Shown here: positions 1-9,667 of the stretch, piece by piece | How positions within the stretch are numbered: position 1 is the stretch's first letter | Layout of the letters: each line of letters starts with the position of its first letter | Origin: a virus | Lineage: Duplodnaviria > Caudoviricetes | Virus record (IMG/VR): IMGVR_UViG_3300048852_000007 | Span: 1 to 64,000 of that record | DNA length: 64,000 nt | Direction: 5' to 3' (one strand) | The notes under the pieces: model-generated | Database searches by the model: none | What the model was told of the DNA's origin: nothing | Seen by the model: the letters and a program-made list of their open reading frames with translations, nothing else | Made by a program: the position numbers and the translations under genes

Positions 1-2
1 TG

Positions 3-50
3 ATCCTGTATGGCAACCTCGCTGAAAAATACGGCGGCCTGGTCAACTGA
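3..50 (+). CDS. 3' end of a gene truncated by the window edge; probably the N4 gp37-like helicase (ILYGNLAEKYGGLVN*)
   Basis: Open frame from the edge to TGA at 48-50; position upstream of the gp38-like gene and DNA polymerase matches N4 gene order. Confidence 0.5.
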   Translation: MLYGNLAEKYGGLVN

Positions 51-64
51 GGGAGGGATGACTC

Positions 65-568
65 TTGAGTACACACAAGCTCATCACTGCCCTGACCGGG
101 CAGCTGTTTGAGGCTGAAGACCGCAGACTGAACGGGGTGATCGTCAGGCTGAACCAAGAGAATAAGCAGCTGACCGGCTCCCGGATCGACGGCTTCCTCT
201 ATCTGGGTCAGCTCTATATGCCCACTGGGGTCAACACCACGGTGGCAGACCGGCACCAGGCCAAGACTGCACTCCATAAATCTCTCATTGAGCCCATGGA
301 GAGGCACCTCAAGGACCGGAAAGCCGTGGCAGACGAGCGGCGGATCATCTCTCAGATGCTCCTTACCCTGCTCAGCCCCTGCCGAACGGCACAAGACATC
401 CGGGATACCCTGCCAGAGTGCCTGGTTAATTGTGTCTCTGGTCTGGTTTCCCAGCCTCGGACACGGGAAGCCGCTTACACCATCCAAGACAACCCCCGAG
501 CCATGCGTCAGTACGAGAAACTCCTGCCTAAGATGGAGGTCTACTCGGCTGCGCGGTTCCTCTACTGA
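65..568 (+). CDS. Conserved N4-like hypothetical protein (gp38-like position)
   Basis: TTG start with GGGAGGG RBS at 51-57; 167 aa; lies between helicase and DNA polymerase. Confidence 0.75.
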   Translation: MSTHKLITALTGQLFEAEDRRLNGVIVRLNQENKQLTGSRIDGFLYLGQLYMPTGVNTTVADRHQAKTALHKSLIEPMERHLKDRKAVADERRIISQMLLTLLSPCRTAQDIRDTLPECLVNCVSGLVSQPRTREAAYTIQDNPRAMRQYEKLLPKMEVYSAARFLY

Positions 569-582
569 ACCAAGGAACGCCT

Positions 583-804
583 ATGTCTGATCCTTCTGAC
601 TTGCCTTACGCTATAATGGCACGGGCTGACGAGATCTATGATCTCCTGAAGCGTGCGAATGAGGCGCTGCACAACGTCCCCTGTGTTGGCGATGTCTACG
701 ATCAGCAGCACTCTGATACCCACTTCGGCATGTCGCAGGAAATCTGTGAGATGATCGAAGACATCGACCAGGCTGCCGGCATTGAACATCCAGAGCCTCG
801 GTAA
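583..804 (+). CDS. Hypothetical protein, 73 aa
   Basis: AAGGA RBS within the junction motif at 566; its TAA overlaps the polymerase ATG. Confidence 0.7.
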   Translation: MSDPSDLPYAIMARADEIYDLLKRANEALHNVPCVGDVYDQQHSDTHFGMSQEICEMIEDIDQAAGIEHPEPR

Positions 805-3437
805 TGCGCTACCTGCACTTCTCTGCGGATGAGAAGCCGACCTATCCGGTCTGCTTCCTCGTCCCTAACATCAGAGCCGATGAGATCCGTAAGGCGTACC
901 TGGATCCCTACTCATTGGATCCAGAGGAGGTGCTGGTCATTGACCTGCACTACGCCGAGGGGAAGAAGAAGACCCCCATGGTGGAGATGAAGCAGTACAT
1001 CAGCGAGGAGCTGCTGCCTGTCTTCACCGATATGGGGGTGGAATACATCGCCGTAGCTGATGCGGAGTATTTCAAGGCCCTCACCAAGGCCGTGAAGGTG
1101 GATGCCAACCTCGGCTATGTGCTGCCCTGTGAGTTTGGGCCGCAGAAGGTCGTCTATGTCCCGAACTATCGGTCGATTTTCTATGACCCAGAAAAGGTGA
1201 CAGCGAAGATCTCCCAGGGGATCACCGCACTGAGCCAACACAGGACAGGGCAGTACGAGGCCCCAGGTACAGACATCCTGAAGTTCGAGGCGTACCCCCG
1301 GACTGAGGATGAGATAGACGTTTGGTTGGATCGTCTGCTGGAGATGGACTGTCCACTCTCCATTGACATTGAGACTTTCGACCTCAAAGCCCATAAGGCT
1401 GGCATTGCGACCATCAGCTTCAGCTGGTCGAAGCATGAGGGCATCGCCTTCCCAGTAGACTTCATGGAGACCGGGAACACTGAGGCCCCGTTCGGCTATC
1501 AGATGAAGAATGAGGCCGTTAGGAAGCTGCTTTGGAAGTTTTTCCAGAGGTTCCTGAGGAAAGCGGTCTATCACAACATCGCCTTCGATGCGTCTGTCTT
1601 GGTCTACCAGCTCTATATGGCAGACATCCTGGATACCGAAGGTCTCCTGGAAGGTATGGGTATCCTTCTAAGGGATTGGGACTGCACCAAGCTCATCGCC
1701 TACCTGGCGACCAACAGCTGCGCCGGTAACAAGCTCAGCCTGAAAGACCAGGCCCAGGAGTTCGCTGGGAATTACGCGATGGGTGAGGACATCAAGGACA
1801 TCACCCGGATCCCATTGGATCGGCTGCTCCGGTACAACCTCATTGATGCCTGCTCGACCTGGCATGTCCATGAGAAACACTGGGACACGGTGATCGAGGA
1901 CCAGCAGCTCGACATCTACGAGACGGTGTTCAAGCCTGCGACTCTCGACATCATCCAGATGCAGCTCACTGGCCTGCCGATAAACATGGAGCGGGTGAAA
2001 GAGGTCAAAGCTATCCTGGAGGCTGACGAACAAGCAGCTCTCCAGGGGATCCAGCAATCCCCTTTGGTTCAACGCTTCACCTACCACCTCAACGAGCAAT
2101 GGGTGGAGGAGAAGAACGCCACGCTGAAGAAGAAGAGGGTCACCCTGGCTGACGCCAAGGAGGTCTTCAATCCACGATCAGGTCCGCAGCTACAGGAGCT
2201 GCTCTATAAGACCCTACAGCTGCCGGTGCTCGACTACACTGACACCAAGCAGCCTTCTACAGGGGCTAAGACCCTCGCCAAACTGAAGCACCACACCTCT
2301 GATCCCGAGGTGCTGGATCTGTTAGAGAGTCTATCCGACTACTCAGCGGTAGCGATTCTGCTCAGCACCTTCATCCCGGCTTTCGAGGATGCGGTGCTTG
2401 GCCCAGATGGGCACCACTACCTTTGTGGTAACTTCAATCTGGGGGGTACGGTTTCGTGTCGGCTAAGCTCTTCCGATCCAAACCTACAGAACATTCCTGT
2501 TGGTGGTGAAGGAGAGAAAACCAAGAAGGGTCAGTACGGTAAGCTTATTAAGAGTTGTGTTGAGGCTCCTGAAGGTTGGCTCTTCGTAGGTCTGGACTAC
2601 GCCAGCCTGGAGGACAAAATCTCCGCCCTGACGACCAAGGACCCAAACAAGCTCAAGGTCTACACCGACGGGTATGATGGCCACTCTCTGCGGGCTCATG
2701 CCTATTTCGGGGATCAGATGCCCGACATCGACCCTAATTCGGTGGAGAGCATCAACTCGATCCAGAAAAAGTACAAGGAGCTACGACAGGACAGCAAGAC
2801 TCCGACCTTCCTCTTGACCTATGATGGCACCTACAAGGGGATGATGGAGCAATGTGGCTTCTCCATGGAGAAGGCCAAGGCCATTGAGGCCCGCTACCAT
2901 GATCTCTACGTCGTCAGCGACCAATGGAAGGCCGAGAAACTCGATCAGGCCAGTAAGGATGGTTATGTCACCGTGGCTTTCGGGCTGCGAGTGCGGACAC
3001 CACTTCTCAAACAGGTCATTCGAGGTACCAGTAAGACTCCCTATGAGGCGGAAGCCGAAGGGAGAACGGCTGGCAATGCTCTCGGGCAGAGTTGGTGCCT
3101 ACTTAATTCCCGTGCTGGCTCCGAGTTTATGGGCAAAGTCCGGAAGAGCGAGCACAGACTTTCCATCAGACCCTGCGCTCAGATTCATGACGCCCAATAC
3201 TATCTGGTGCGCGATGACGTGGGCGCCGTGGCCTACGTCAATGAACACCTCGTTCAAGCGGTCCAATGGAAGGATCATCCTGACATTGCCCATGATGAGG
3301 TGAAGCTTGGTGGTGAGGTAGGGATTTTCTGGCCCAACTGGACCACGGAGATCACCCTTCCCAACGGTGCTACCGAAGCCGACATCCCAGGAATCATTGA
3401 GAAAGACCTGGCTAAGCGTGAAATAGTGAAAGGTTGA
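804..3437 (+). CDS. Family A DNA polymerase (N4 gp39-like) with 3'-5' exonuclease
   Basis: Exo motifs DIETF, YHNIAFD, YNLIDA; Pol motifs RLSSSDPNLQNIP, GLDYASLE (A), RQDSKTPTFLLTY (B), QIHDAQY (C). Confidence 0.97.
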   Translation: MRYLHFSADEKPTYPVCFLVPNIRADEIRKAYLDPYSLDPEEVLVIDLHYAEGKKKTPMVEMKQYISEELLPVFTDMGVEYIAVADAEYFKALTKAVKVDANLGYVLPCEFGPQKVVYVPNYRSIFYDPEKVTAKISQGITALSQHRTGQYEAPGTDILKFEAYPRTEDEIDVWLDRLLEMDCPLSIDIETFDLKAHKAGIATISFSWSKHEGIAFPVDFMETGNTEAPFGYQMKNEAVRKLLWKFFQRFLRKAVYHNIAFDASVLVYQLYMADILDTEGLLEGMGILLRDWDCTKLIAYLATNSCAGNKLSLKDQAQEFAGNYAMGEDIKDITRIPLDRLLRYNLIDACSTWHVHEKHWDTVIEDQQLDIYETVFKPATLDIIQMQLTGLPINMERVKEVKAILEADEQAALQGIQQSPLVQRFTYHLNEQWVEEKNATLKKKRVTLADAKEVFNPRSGPQLQELLYKTLQLPVLDYTDTKQPSTGAKTLAKLKHHTSDPEVLDLLESLSDYSAVAILLSTFIPAFEDAVLGPDGHHYLCGNFNLGGTVSCRLSSSDPNLQNIPVGGEGEKTKKGQYGKLIKSCVEAPEGWLFVGLDYASLEDKISALTTKDPNKLKVYTDGYDGHSLRAHAYFGDQMPDIDPNSVESINSIQKKYKELRQDSKTPTFLLTYDGTYKGMMEQCGFSMEKAKAIEARYHDLYVVSDQWKAEKLDQASKDGYVTVAFGLRVRTPLLKQVIRGTSKTPYEAEAEGRTAGNALGQSWCLLNSRAGSEFMGKVRKSEHRLSIRPCAQIHDAQYYLVRDDVGAVAYVNEHLVQAVQWKDHPDIAHDEVKLGGEVGIFWPNWTTEITLPNGATEADIPGIIEKDLAKREIVKG

Positions 3438-3440
3438 GAG

Positions 3441-3812
3441 ATGACTCACACATTTGACAAGACCGTTCAACGCATCATCAGGGATGAGCAGAAGGCTACC
3501 ACTCAACAGCACTACTTCCTGGTCACCGGAGAGCTGGTGTTCCGGCGCACTGAAGATGAGGTTCCGAATGCCATCCGCATGAATGCGGTGGTGACGAGCA
3601 AGGATGGCCGGCTTGGAGTTGCCCAGATCGGCAAAGCCCAGCAGGCACTCCAGCTCCAGTTCCACAAGCGCATGGAGGATCCGACCATCCAGATCCTCGA
3701 TGTGGTAATCATGTCCCTGGTTCCGCTGGGAGTCTTCATACCGGAGGAGTTCCACGCTGCTCCGGCCGGGACTGAACTGCGGGAGATGAACCAAGGAGCT
3801 GGACATGCCTGA
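3441..3812 (+). CDS. Conserved N4-like hypothetical protein, 123 aa
   Basis: ORF directly after the polymerase; host-like codon usage; N4 gene order. Confidence 0.75.
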   Translation: MTHTFDKTVQRIIRDEQKATTQQHYFLVTGELVFRRTEDEVPNAIRMNAVVTSKDGRLGVAQIGKAQQALQLQFHKRMEDPTIQILDVVIMSLVPLGVFIPEEFHAAPAGTELREMNQGAGHA

Positions 3813-4029
3813 GTCTTCAGGCTGGCAGCCCATTGAGACAGCTCCACGAAACGGAACTGATGTTCTGTTGTGGGGGTATCTCCCTGGTTCCAGGAAGAGG
3901 CTTCGTCCTCCTTATGTCGGTGCAGCGCATCCGACCTGGGGACCGGGTTGGTATTCCTTTGATGAGCCGGACACCCAGAAGATCATCCCGGTCTACTGGA
4001 TGCCGATCGAGGAACCCCCACCGATTTAA
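3805..4029 (+). CDS. Small phage protein of the WQPIETAP (DUF551-like) type
   Basis: GWQPIETAPRNGT...YWMP motif pair; AAGGAG RBS at 3793-3798. Confidence 0.75.
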   Translation: MPESSGWQPIETAPRNGTDVLLWGYLPGSRKRLRPPYVGAAHPTWGPGWYSFDEPDTQKIIPVYWMPIEEPPPI

Positions 4030-4044
4030 CCGACGCCGTGCCTG

Positions 4045-4096
4045 ATGCGGGAGGGACCGCAGTTCTTTCTTGGGGCTGTGGTCCCTTTACCCGCAT
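4045..4096 (+). promoter_or_regulatory. Long intergenic hairpin abutting the RBS of the nuclease gene
   Basis: ATGCGGG-AGGGACCGCAG / CTGTGGTCCCT-TTA-CCCGCAT, 13-nt loop, followed directly by AGGAG. Confidence 0.55.
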
Positions 4097-4110
4097 AGGA
4101 GCTGACAGCG

Positions 4111-5088
4111 GTGATCACCAATACCTCGGACATCTCACTCGCCCTGGCGGTGTGGCTGCTCCACGACGAATACGACTACATCGACAAGCCCAACTACATC
4201 TCAGCCACCTCCCTGATGAAGCCGCTGCGGCACATCGTCCTGGCACCTCGGGTCGATAAGGCAGCCCAGCCACCGGATGTGGAGGAATTCATTGCCCGAG
4301 CCATGGGGCACTCCATTCATGACGCCATTGAGCGGGCCTGGACCAAGGGCCACTCCAGGGCACTCAAGCTTCTGGGTTATCCCAACAGCCTGATCGAGCG
4401 CATCAAGGTCAATCCCACGGATGAAGAGGTCCGGGGATCCAACAGCATCATCCCGATCTATCTCGAACAGCGGGCTTTCCGTGAGTTCAAGGGCTTCACC
4501 ATCGGGGGGAAGTTCGATCTGGTGACTGACGGTATCGTCCAGGACGCCAAATCCACTTCTGCTTTCACCTGGGTCAAGGGTGGCAAGGACGACGACTACC
4601 GCCTCCAGATGAGTCTCTACCGCTGGATCGACGCTGCCCAGCCGCTGCCGAAGATCACGGAGGACTACGGCCGGATCAACTTCATCTTCACGGATTGGCA
4701 AAAGGTCCAGGCCCGGACCAATCCGAAGTACCCCCAGAAGCGGGTTGAGCACAAAGAGATCCCTCTCCTTTCTCTTAAGGAAACGGAAACCTGGGTGGAG
4801 AATAAGCTTGCATTGATCCAGCGACACAAGGACACACCTGAGGCTCACCTCCCGGAATGTTCCGATGAAGAGCTATGGCGCAGTGATCCCGTGCATAAAT
4901 ACTATGCCGACCCGGCCAAGACATCTGGCCGTTCTACCCGGAATTTCGACAGCCTGGTTGAGGCCCGTACCTTTCAGGCTGAGAAGGGGAAGGGAACCGT
5001 GATTACGGTCCCTGGTGAACCAAAACGGTGCGCCTATTGCGAGGCGTTTAGCGTCTGTACGCAGAAAGACAGGTATTTTCCGACATGA
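4111..5088 (+). CDS. PD-(D/E)XK-family exonuclease (N4 gp42-like)
   Basis: GGKFDLV...QDAKSTS nuclease core; Y..QMSLY motif; C-terminal RCAYCEAFSVC Cys cluster. Confidence 0.85.
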   Translation: MITNTSDISLALAVWLLHDEYDYIDKPNYISATSLMKPLRHIVLAPRVDKAAQPPDVEEFIARAMGHSIHDAIERAWTKGHSRALKLLGYPNSLIERIKVNPTDEEVRGSNSIIPIYLEQRAFREFKGFTIGGKFDLVTDGIVQDAKSTSAFTWVKGGKDDDYRLQMSLYRWIDAAQPLPKITEDYGRINFIFTDWQKVQARTNPKYPQKRVEHKEIPLLSLKETETWVENKLALIQRHKDTPEAHLPECSDEELWRSDPVHKYYADPAKTSGRSTRNFDSLVEARTFQAEKGKGTVITVPGEPKRCAYCEAFSVCTQKDRYFPT

Positions 5089-7247
5089 TCGACTTGACAG
5101 GCGTAGAGCATCATCCGGTGATCGAGGAGATCGTGGATGTGCTGTGCAGCAAGACTGACAACACGGACAGAGGCTTCTTCCGGACAGAGATGGCCTATTA
5201 CCTCGGGAAGATGGCTTCCTGTATGCGGGCCACCGTCGTCACCGAGGATCGTGGGGAGAATCCGGTCAACATCTATGCCGTAGCCCTGGCCACTTCAGGC
5301 TATGGCAAGGGCCACTCCGTCAACATCATCGAAGATGGGTTGATGAAGGGGTTCAAGCGGCGGTTCATGCAGGACACCATGCCGGTCCTGTCGGACACCA
5401 ACTTCTGGGCCATCGCCAATGACCGGGCGCTGCGGAACAATTCCGATCCGCAGGAAGAGTACGACAAAGTGCTGAAGGAATACCGCTCTGCTGGTTCCTT
5501 CCCCTTCACCTTCGATGATGGGACGGTGGCTGCGGTCAAGCAGCTGCGCCAGAAACTGATTCTGGCGGGGGTGGGTGCCATCAATTTCCAGGTGGACGAG
5601 ATCGGATCCAATCTGGAGCGCAGCATGGAGATGCTCAACCTCTATCTGGAGCTCTATGACCAGGGGTTGGTGAAGAACAAGCTGATCAAGAACACCAACG
5701 ACAACCAGAGAGCCGAGGAGGTTGATGGTAAGACCCCCAGCAACATGCTCCTCTTCGGGACTCCTGCCAAACTCTTCGACGGTGGCAAGACAGAGGACGC
5801 ATTTTACTCTCTGCTGGAGACCGGCTATGCCCGTCGCTGCCTGTTCGGGTATGGCCAGAAGGATAAGCGCGTTCGGGGAACTCAGAGCCCGGCTGAAATC
5901 TACCAGCACCTGATCAATCCCAAGAACAACGCCGCTGTCACCAAGTGGGCCACCCACTTTGAGACTCTGGCAGATCCGGCCCGGTATGGTTGGCGGATGA
6001 ATGTCGAACAACCTGTCGCCATTCAGCTGCTGACCTATAAGATCGACTGCGAGAATCGGTCGGATGAGCTGCGAGAGTCTCAGACGATCCAGAAAGCTGA
6101 GCTGGAGCATCGCTACAACAAGGCGCTCAAGCTGGCCGGGGCTTATGCCTTCGTGGATGGCTCCAATGAGGTGGAGATGGACCACCTCATGCAGGCTATC
6201 CTGCTGGTGGAGGAGTCTGGGCAGTCTTTTCAGAAGATCCTGCACCGGGAGAAGCCACATGTCCGGCTAGGGAAGTACATCGCGGACATTGGGACCGAGG
6301 TGAACGACCACGACCTGATTGAGGCCCTGCCCTTTTACCCCAAGTCTCAGAATGTCCGTAACGACATGCTGAAGCTGGCTACCGCCTGGGGCTATACGAA
6401 CAACGTCATCATCAAGAAGCTCTTCGTTGATGGGATCGAGTTCTACAAGGGGGAGACTCTGAAGGTCACCGATCTCTCGAAGATCCGCATCTCCTACAGC
6501 GACCACTGGGCTTACAATTATGAGCCAGAGGAGGTGCCCTTCGATGCGCTGCACCAGCTGACCCAGGCACCGGGGATGCACTGGGCCAACCACCACTTCA
6601 AGCAGAACCATCGGGCCGAGGAGAATGTCCTCAGCGGCTTCAATCTGCTCGTGCTCGATGTGGATGGTGGGATCTCCTGCGACATGGCGCATGAGCTGCT
6701 GAAGGAGGTCAAGTTCATGACCTACACCACCAAGCGCAGCACACCGCAGGAGAACCGCTTCCGACTGCTCATCCCGACCAACTACGTCCTGGAGTTGGAC
6801 AAGGAAGAGTACAAGGAGCTGGTGAACGACGTGGTGACCTGGCTCCCCTTCAAGGCCAGTGTCGATGAGTCCTCCAATCAGCGGTCCAAGAAGTGGATGA
6901 CGTTCGAGGGGGGCACCTTCCACTACAATATGGATGGCGCCCTCTTTGACATCCTGCCCTTCATTCCGAAGACTAAGAAGAATGAGGACTATCATCAGGA
7001 GTTCAAGAAGGTCGAGAACCTCGACAATCTTGAGCGGTGGTTCGCTCAGCGCATCGCCAACGGCAACCGCAACAACAACATGATCAAGTTCGCCCTGGCT
7101 CTCGTGGACGGGGGATCGGACTTCCTCACCGTCTCTAGGCAGGTTCATGCCTTCAATAAGAAGCTGAACACGCCGATGGATGAGGAGGAGATCGACAATA
7201 CGATCCTGGTCACCGTGGCCAAGCGGTTCCAGAAGCACGCTGCCTAA
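5085..7247 (+). CDS. DNA primase/helicase-like protein (N4 gp43-like)
   Basis: N-terminal ATSGYGKG P-loop-like motif; C-terminal AEP-like VLDVDGG, YTTK, RFRL and a GNRNNNMIK PriCT-like tail. Confidence 0.88.
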   Translation: MIDLTGVEHHPVIEEIVDVLCSKTDNTDRGFFRTEMAYYLGKMASCMRATVVTEDRGENPVNIYAVALATSGYGKGHSVNIIEDGLMKGFKRRFMQDTMPVLSDTNFWAIANDRALRNNSDPQEEYDKVLKEYRSAGSFPFTFDDGTVAAVKQLRQKLILAGVGAINFQVDEIGSNLERSMEMLNLYLELYDQGLVKNKLIKNTNDNQRAEEVDGKTPSNMLLFGTPAKLFDGGKTEDAFYSLLETGYARRCLFGYGQKDKRVRGTQSPAEIYQHLINPKNNAAVTKWATHFETLADPARYGWRMNVEQPVAIQLLTYKIDCENRSDELRESQTIQKAELEHRYNKALKLAGAYAFVDGSNEVEMDHLMQAILLVEESGQSFQKILHREKPHVRLGKYIADIGTEVNDHDLIEALPFYPKSQNVRNDMLKLATAWGYTNNVIIKKLFVDGIEFYKGETLKVTDLSKIRISYSDHWAYNYEPEEVPFDALHQLTQAPGMHWANHHFKQNHRAEENVLSGFNLLVLDVDGGISCDMAHELLKEVKFMTYTTKRSTPQENRFRLLIPTNYVLELDKEEYKELVNDVVTWLPFKASVDESSNQRSKKWMTFEGGTFHYNMDGALFDILPFIPKTKKNEDYHQEFKKVENLDNLERWFAQRIANGNRNNNMIKFALALVDGGSDFLTVSRQVHAFNKKLNTPMDEEEIDNTILVTVAKRFQKHAA

Positions 7248-7252
7248 CCCTT

Positions 7253-7289
7253 AGGAGACCCCGAGCATTTTCTTGGTTCGGGGTCTCCT
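7253..7289 (+). promoter_or_regulatory. Perfect 12-bp intergenic hairpin with 13-nt loop
   Basis: AGGAGACCCCGA (7253-7264) / TCGGGGTCTCCT (7278-7289). Confidence 0.55.
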
Positions 7290-7308
7290 GGTCCGAATTG
7301 GAGAACAA

Positions 7309-7497
7309 ATGAAGATCACAGAAGCTCTGACTGATCAGATCACAGCTGAAGTAGCTATGAATAAGAAAGCTGTTGCTTTTCGGGATGCTGAAAAAGCCTA
7401 CAACGAGGCGCACCTGCGATACGTGGTTTGTAAGGATAAGGTGAAAGCTATTCTTAAAGCTGAGGAAGATCGTCTCTGGAAAATCCTTGATGTCTGA
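7309..7497 (+). CDS. Hypothetical coiled-coil protein, 62 aa
   Basis: ATG at 7309 after a GGAGA RBS; AT-richer codons than neighbours. Confidence 0.65.
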   Translation: MKITEALTDQITAEVAMNKKAVAFRDAEKAYNEAHLRYVVCKDKVKAILKAEEDRLWKILDV

Positions 7498-8230
7498 TAG
7501 CACTCCCGAGACCAACGACCAGCTTATTCTAGTCGTCGGCTACTCCGCTGCTGGCAAGAGTGCCAGCCTGCGGAACATCCGGAACCAAGAAGGATGGCTC
7601 TATCTGAACACGGAAGCAGGTAAGCGCCTTCCCTTCAGGAACAAGTTTCAAGCTCACCGCATTGAAGATCCCTTCCAGGTCCATGAAGCCTTCGACCATG
7701 GGACGGATAACCCAGAGGTCCAGGGTATCATCCTGGATTCCCTGACATTTCTCATGGATATGTACGAGACCCAGTACGTCCTGAATGCCGCCAACGGCAT
7801 GAAGGCTTGGAGTGAGTTTGCCACTTACTTCAAGGTGCTCATGCAGCAGAAGGTTACCCGCTTCGGCAAGCCCACCATCATCACCGCTCACGTCAAGGAC
7901 GAGCTCGACGAGAAGGCGATGGAGATCAAGACCAGTGTCCCCATCAAAGGGTCACTGAAGAACAACGGCGTAGAAGCCTACTTCTCCACTGTCGTCGCTG
8001 CCAAGCGCATGACGCTCAAAGACCTGGCTACCTATAGTTCTTCCCTCCTAAATATCTCGGAGGAAGATAAGGAGCTTGGATACAAGCATGTCTTCCAAAC
8101 TCGCCCAACCAAGACTACGGTTGGCGAACGGATTCGTTCACCCATGGGTCTCTTTGATAAGAACCAGACTTACATGGACAATGATTGCCAGATCCTTCTG
8201 GATCACCTGAACGAGTTCTACCGGAACTAG
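7490..8230 (+). CDS. AAA-family ATPase (N4 gp44-like)
   Basis: Walker A VVGYSAAGKS; Walker B IILDSLT; position upstream of SSB. Confidence 0.88.
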   Translation: MSDSTPETNDQLILVVGYSAAGKSASLRNIRNQEGWLYLNTEAGKRLPFRNKFQAHRIEDPFQVHEAFDHGTDNPEVQGIILDSLTFLMDMYETQYVLNAANGMKAWSEFATYFKVLMQQKVTRFGKPTIITAHVKDELDEKAMEIKTSVPIKGSLKNNGVEAYFSTVVAAKRMTLKDLATYSSSLLNISEEDKELGYKHVFQTRPTKTTVGERIRSPMGLFDKNQTYMDNDCQILLDHLNEFYRN

Positions 8231-8266
8231 CCTTCCCTATTTTTAACCACAACAGAGAGAGTACCT

Positions 8267-9037
8267 ATGAGCCTCTTCGGTAATCTGAAGAATGAGGGTC
8301 TGGAAGAGACCACCGATCGCATCGGTGGCTATCAGCCGTTCGAGACCGATGTCTACACCGGCCCGATCAAGATGATCTATGCCGGCGCCTCGGCCGGCGG
8401 TGCGCAGAATGTCACCGTGATTCTGGATCTCGGCGGCCGTGAGTACCGCGAGACCATCTACGTCACCAATAAGAAGGGTGAGAACTGGTTCCCGAACAAG
8501 GATGACCCGAAGAAGAAGGTCCCCCTGCCGGGCTTCACCACCGTCAATGACATCTGCCTCGCTGCCGGCGGCAAGGAGCTTGCTGACCTGGAGTGGGAAG
8601 ACAAGGTGGTGAAAATCTACGACGCCGAAGCCAAGAAGGAGATGCCGAAGTCGGTTCCGGTGGCCACTGAGCTGCTGGGTCAGGTTGTCTCCGTCGGCAT
8701 CGTCAAGGTGCTGGAGAATAAGTCCACCAAGCAGGGTGATGTGTTTGTCCCCACTGCTGAGACCCGGACGGTGAACACCATTGAGAAGGTGTTCAACACT
8801 GAGACCCGGATGACTGTGGTGGAAGCCCGCAACGGTGCCACTGAGGCGAAGTTCTGGGATGCCTGGCAGGCTCGGAACAAGGATCAGACCCGCGACAAGC
8901 GGACCATCAAGGACGGCCAGGCCGGTGCTCCGATGATGGGTCGTCCTGGTGCCAACCGGGCTCCGGCTGGTCCTCCGCAGGCTGGTGCTGCTGGCCAGAA
9001 CCAGCGCAAGAGCCTGTTCGGCAACAAGGCGGCCTGA
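8267..9037 (+). CDS. ssb: N4-type single-stranded DNA-binding protein (gp45-like)
   Basis: MSLF N-terminus; flexible Ala/Gly/Pro tail ending RKSLFG, typical of N4 SSBs; gene order. Confidence 0.88.
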   Translation: MSLFGNLKNEGLEETTDRIGGYQPFETDVYTGPIKMIYAGASAGGAQNVTVILDLGGREYRETIYVTNKKGENWFPNKDDPKKKVPLPGFTTVNDICLAAGGKELADLEWEDKVVKIYDAEAKKEMPKSVPVATELLGQVVSVGIVKVLENKSTKQGDVFVPTAETRTVNTIEKVFNTETRMTVVEARNGATEAKFWDAWQARNKDQTRDKRTIKDGQAGAPMMGRPGANRAPAGPPQAGAAGQNQRKSLFGNKAA

Positions 9038-9102
9038 TGCCTTATTTCTGGCTCTGGTTCTTCCTAGCCCTGAGCCTGGTTGCCTTGAACCAACTGCCAT
9101 AG
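9037..9102 (+). CDS. Candidate 21-aa hydrophobic micropeptide MPYFWLWFFLALSLVALNQLP
   Basis: TGATG overlap with the SSB stop; fills the intergenic gap exactly. Confidence 0.45.
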   Translation: MPYFWLWFFLALSLVALNQLP

Positions 9103-9109
9103 GTAGACC

Positions 9110-9667
9110 ATGAAGATCCCCGTAGTTGGCTTCGATCCCTCCCTGACTTCCTGGGGCATCGCTGAAAGCGAACTCGATCTGACTACGGGGTATCTTGATA
9201 CCCCTCGTCTGAGGGTTCTGGAACCAGAGAAGATCAAGACCAAGCAGGTCCGGCAGAACTCCACGGATCTCGATGTGGCAAAGCAGCTGGCAACAGCTGC
9301 TCTGTCCACGGCCAGATCCGCCAAAGCTGTCTTCGTGGAGGTTCCCGTTGGTTCCCAATCCGCCAGAGCCATGGCGTCCTATGGAATCTGTGTCGGAATC
9401 CTCGGTACCCTGATGGCCGAGGGTGTGCAGCTGATCGAGGTCACTGCAACCGAGGTTAAGAAAGCCTTAACCGGGAACAAACACGCAACCAAGGATCAGA
9501 TGATCACTGAAGCCCGGAAGCTCTACCCAGAAGCCAACTTTCCCATGTGGCGGGGAGAGGTTGCCTCCAAGGCTGAGCATGTGGCAGATGCCATTGGTGC
9601 GATCCACGCTGGAGTGGGCACACCGCTCTTCCAGAACCTCATGAAACTTTATAACCAGGAGACTTAA
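9110..9667 (+). CDS. RuvC-like Holliday junction resolvase (N4 gp46-like)
   Basis: VVGFDPSLTSWG, VFVEVP, EHVADAIG acidic catalytic motifs. Confidence 0.85.
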   Translation: MKIPVVGFDPSLTSWGIAESELDLTTGYLDTPRLRVLEPEKIKTKQVRQNSTDLDVAKQLATAALSTARSAKAVFVEVPVGSQSARAMASYGICVGILGTLMAEGVQLIEVTATEVKKALTGNKHATKDQMITEARKLYPEANFPMWRGEVASKAEHVADAIGAIHAGVGTPLFQNLMKLYNQET

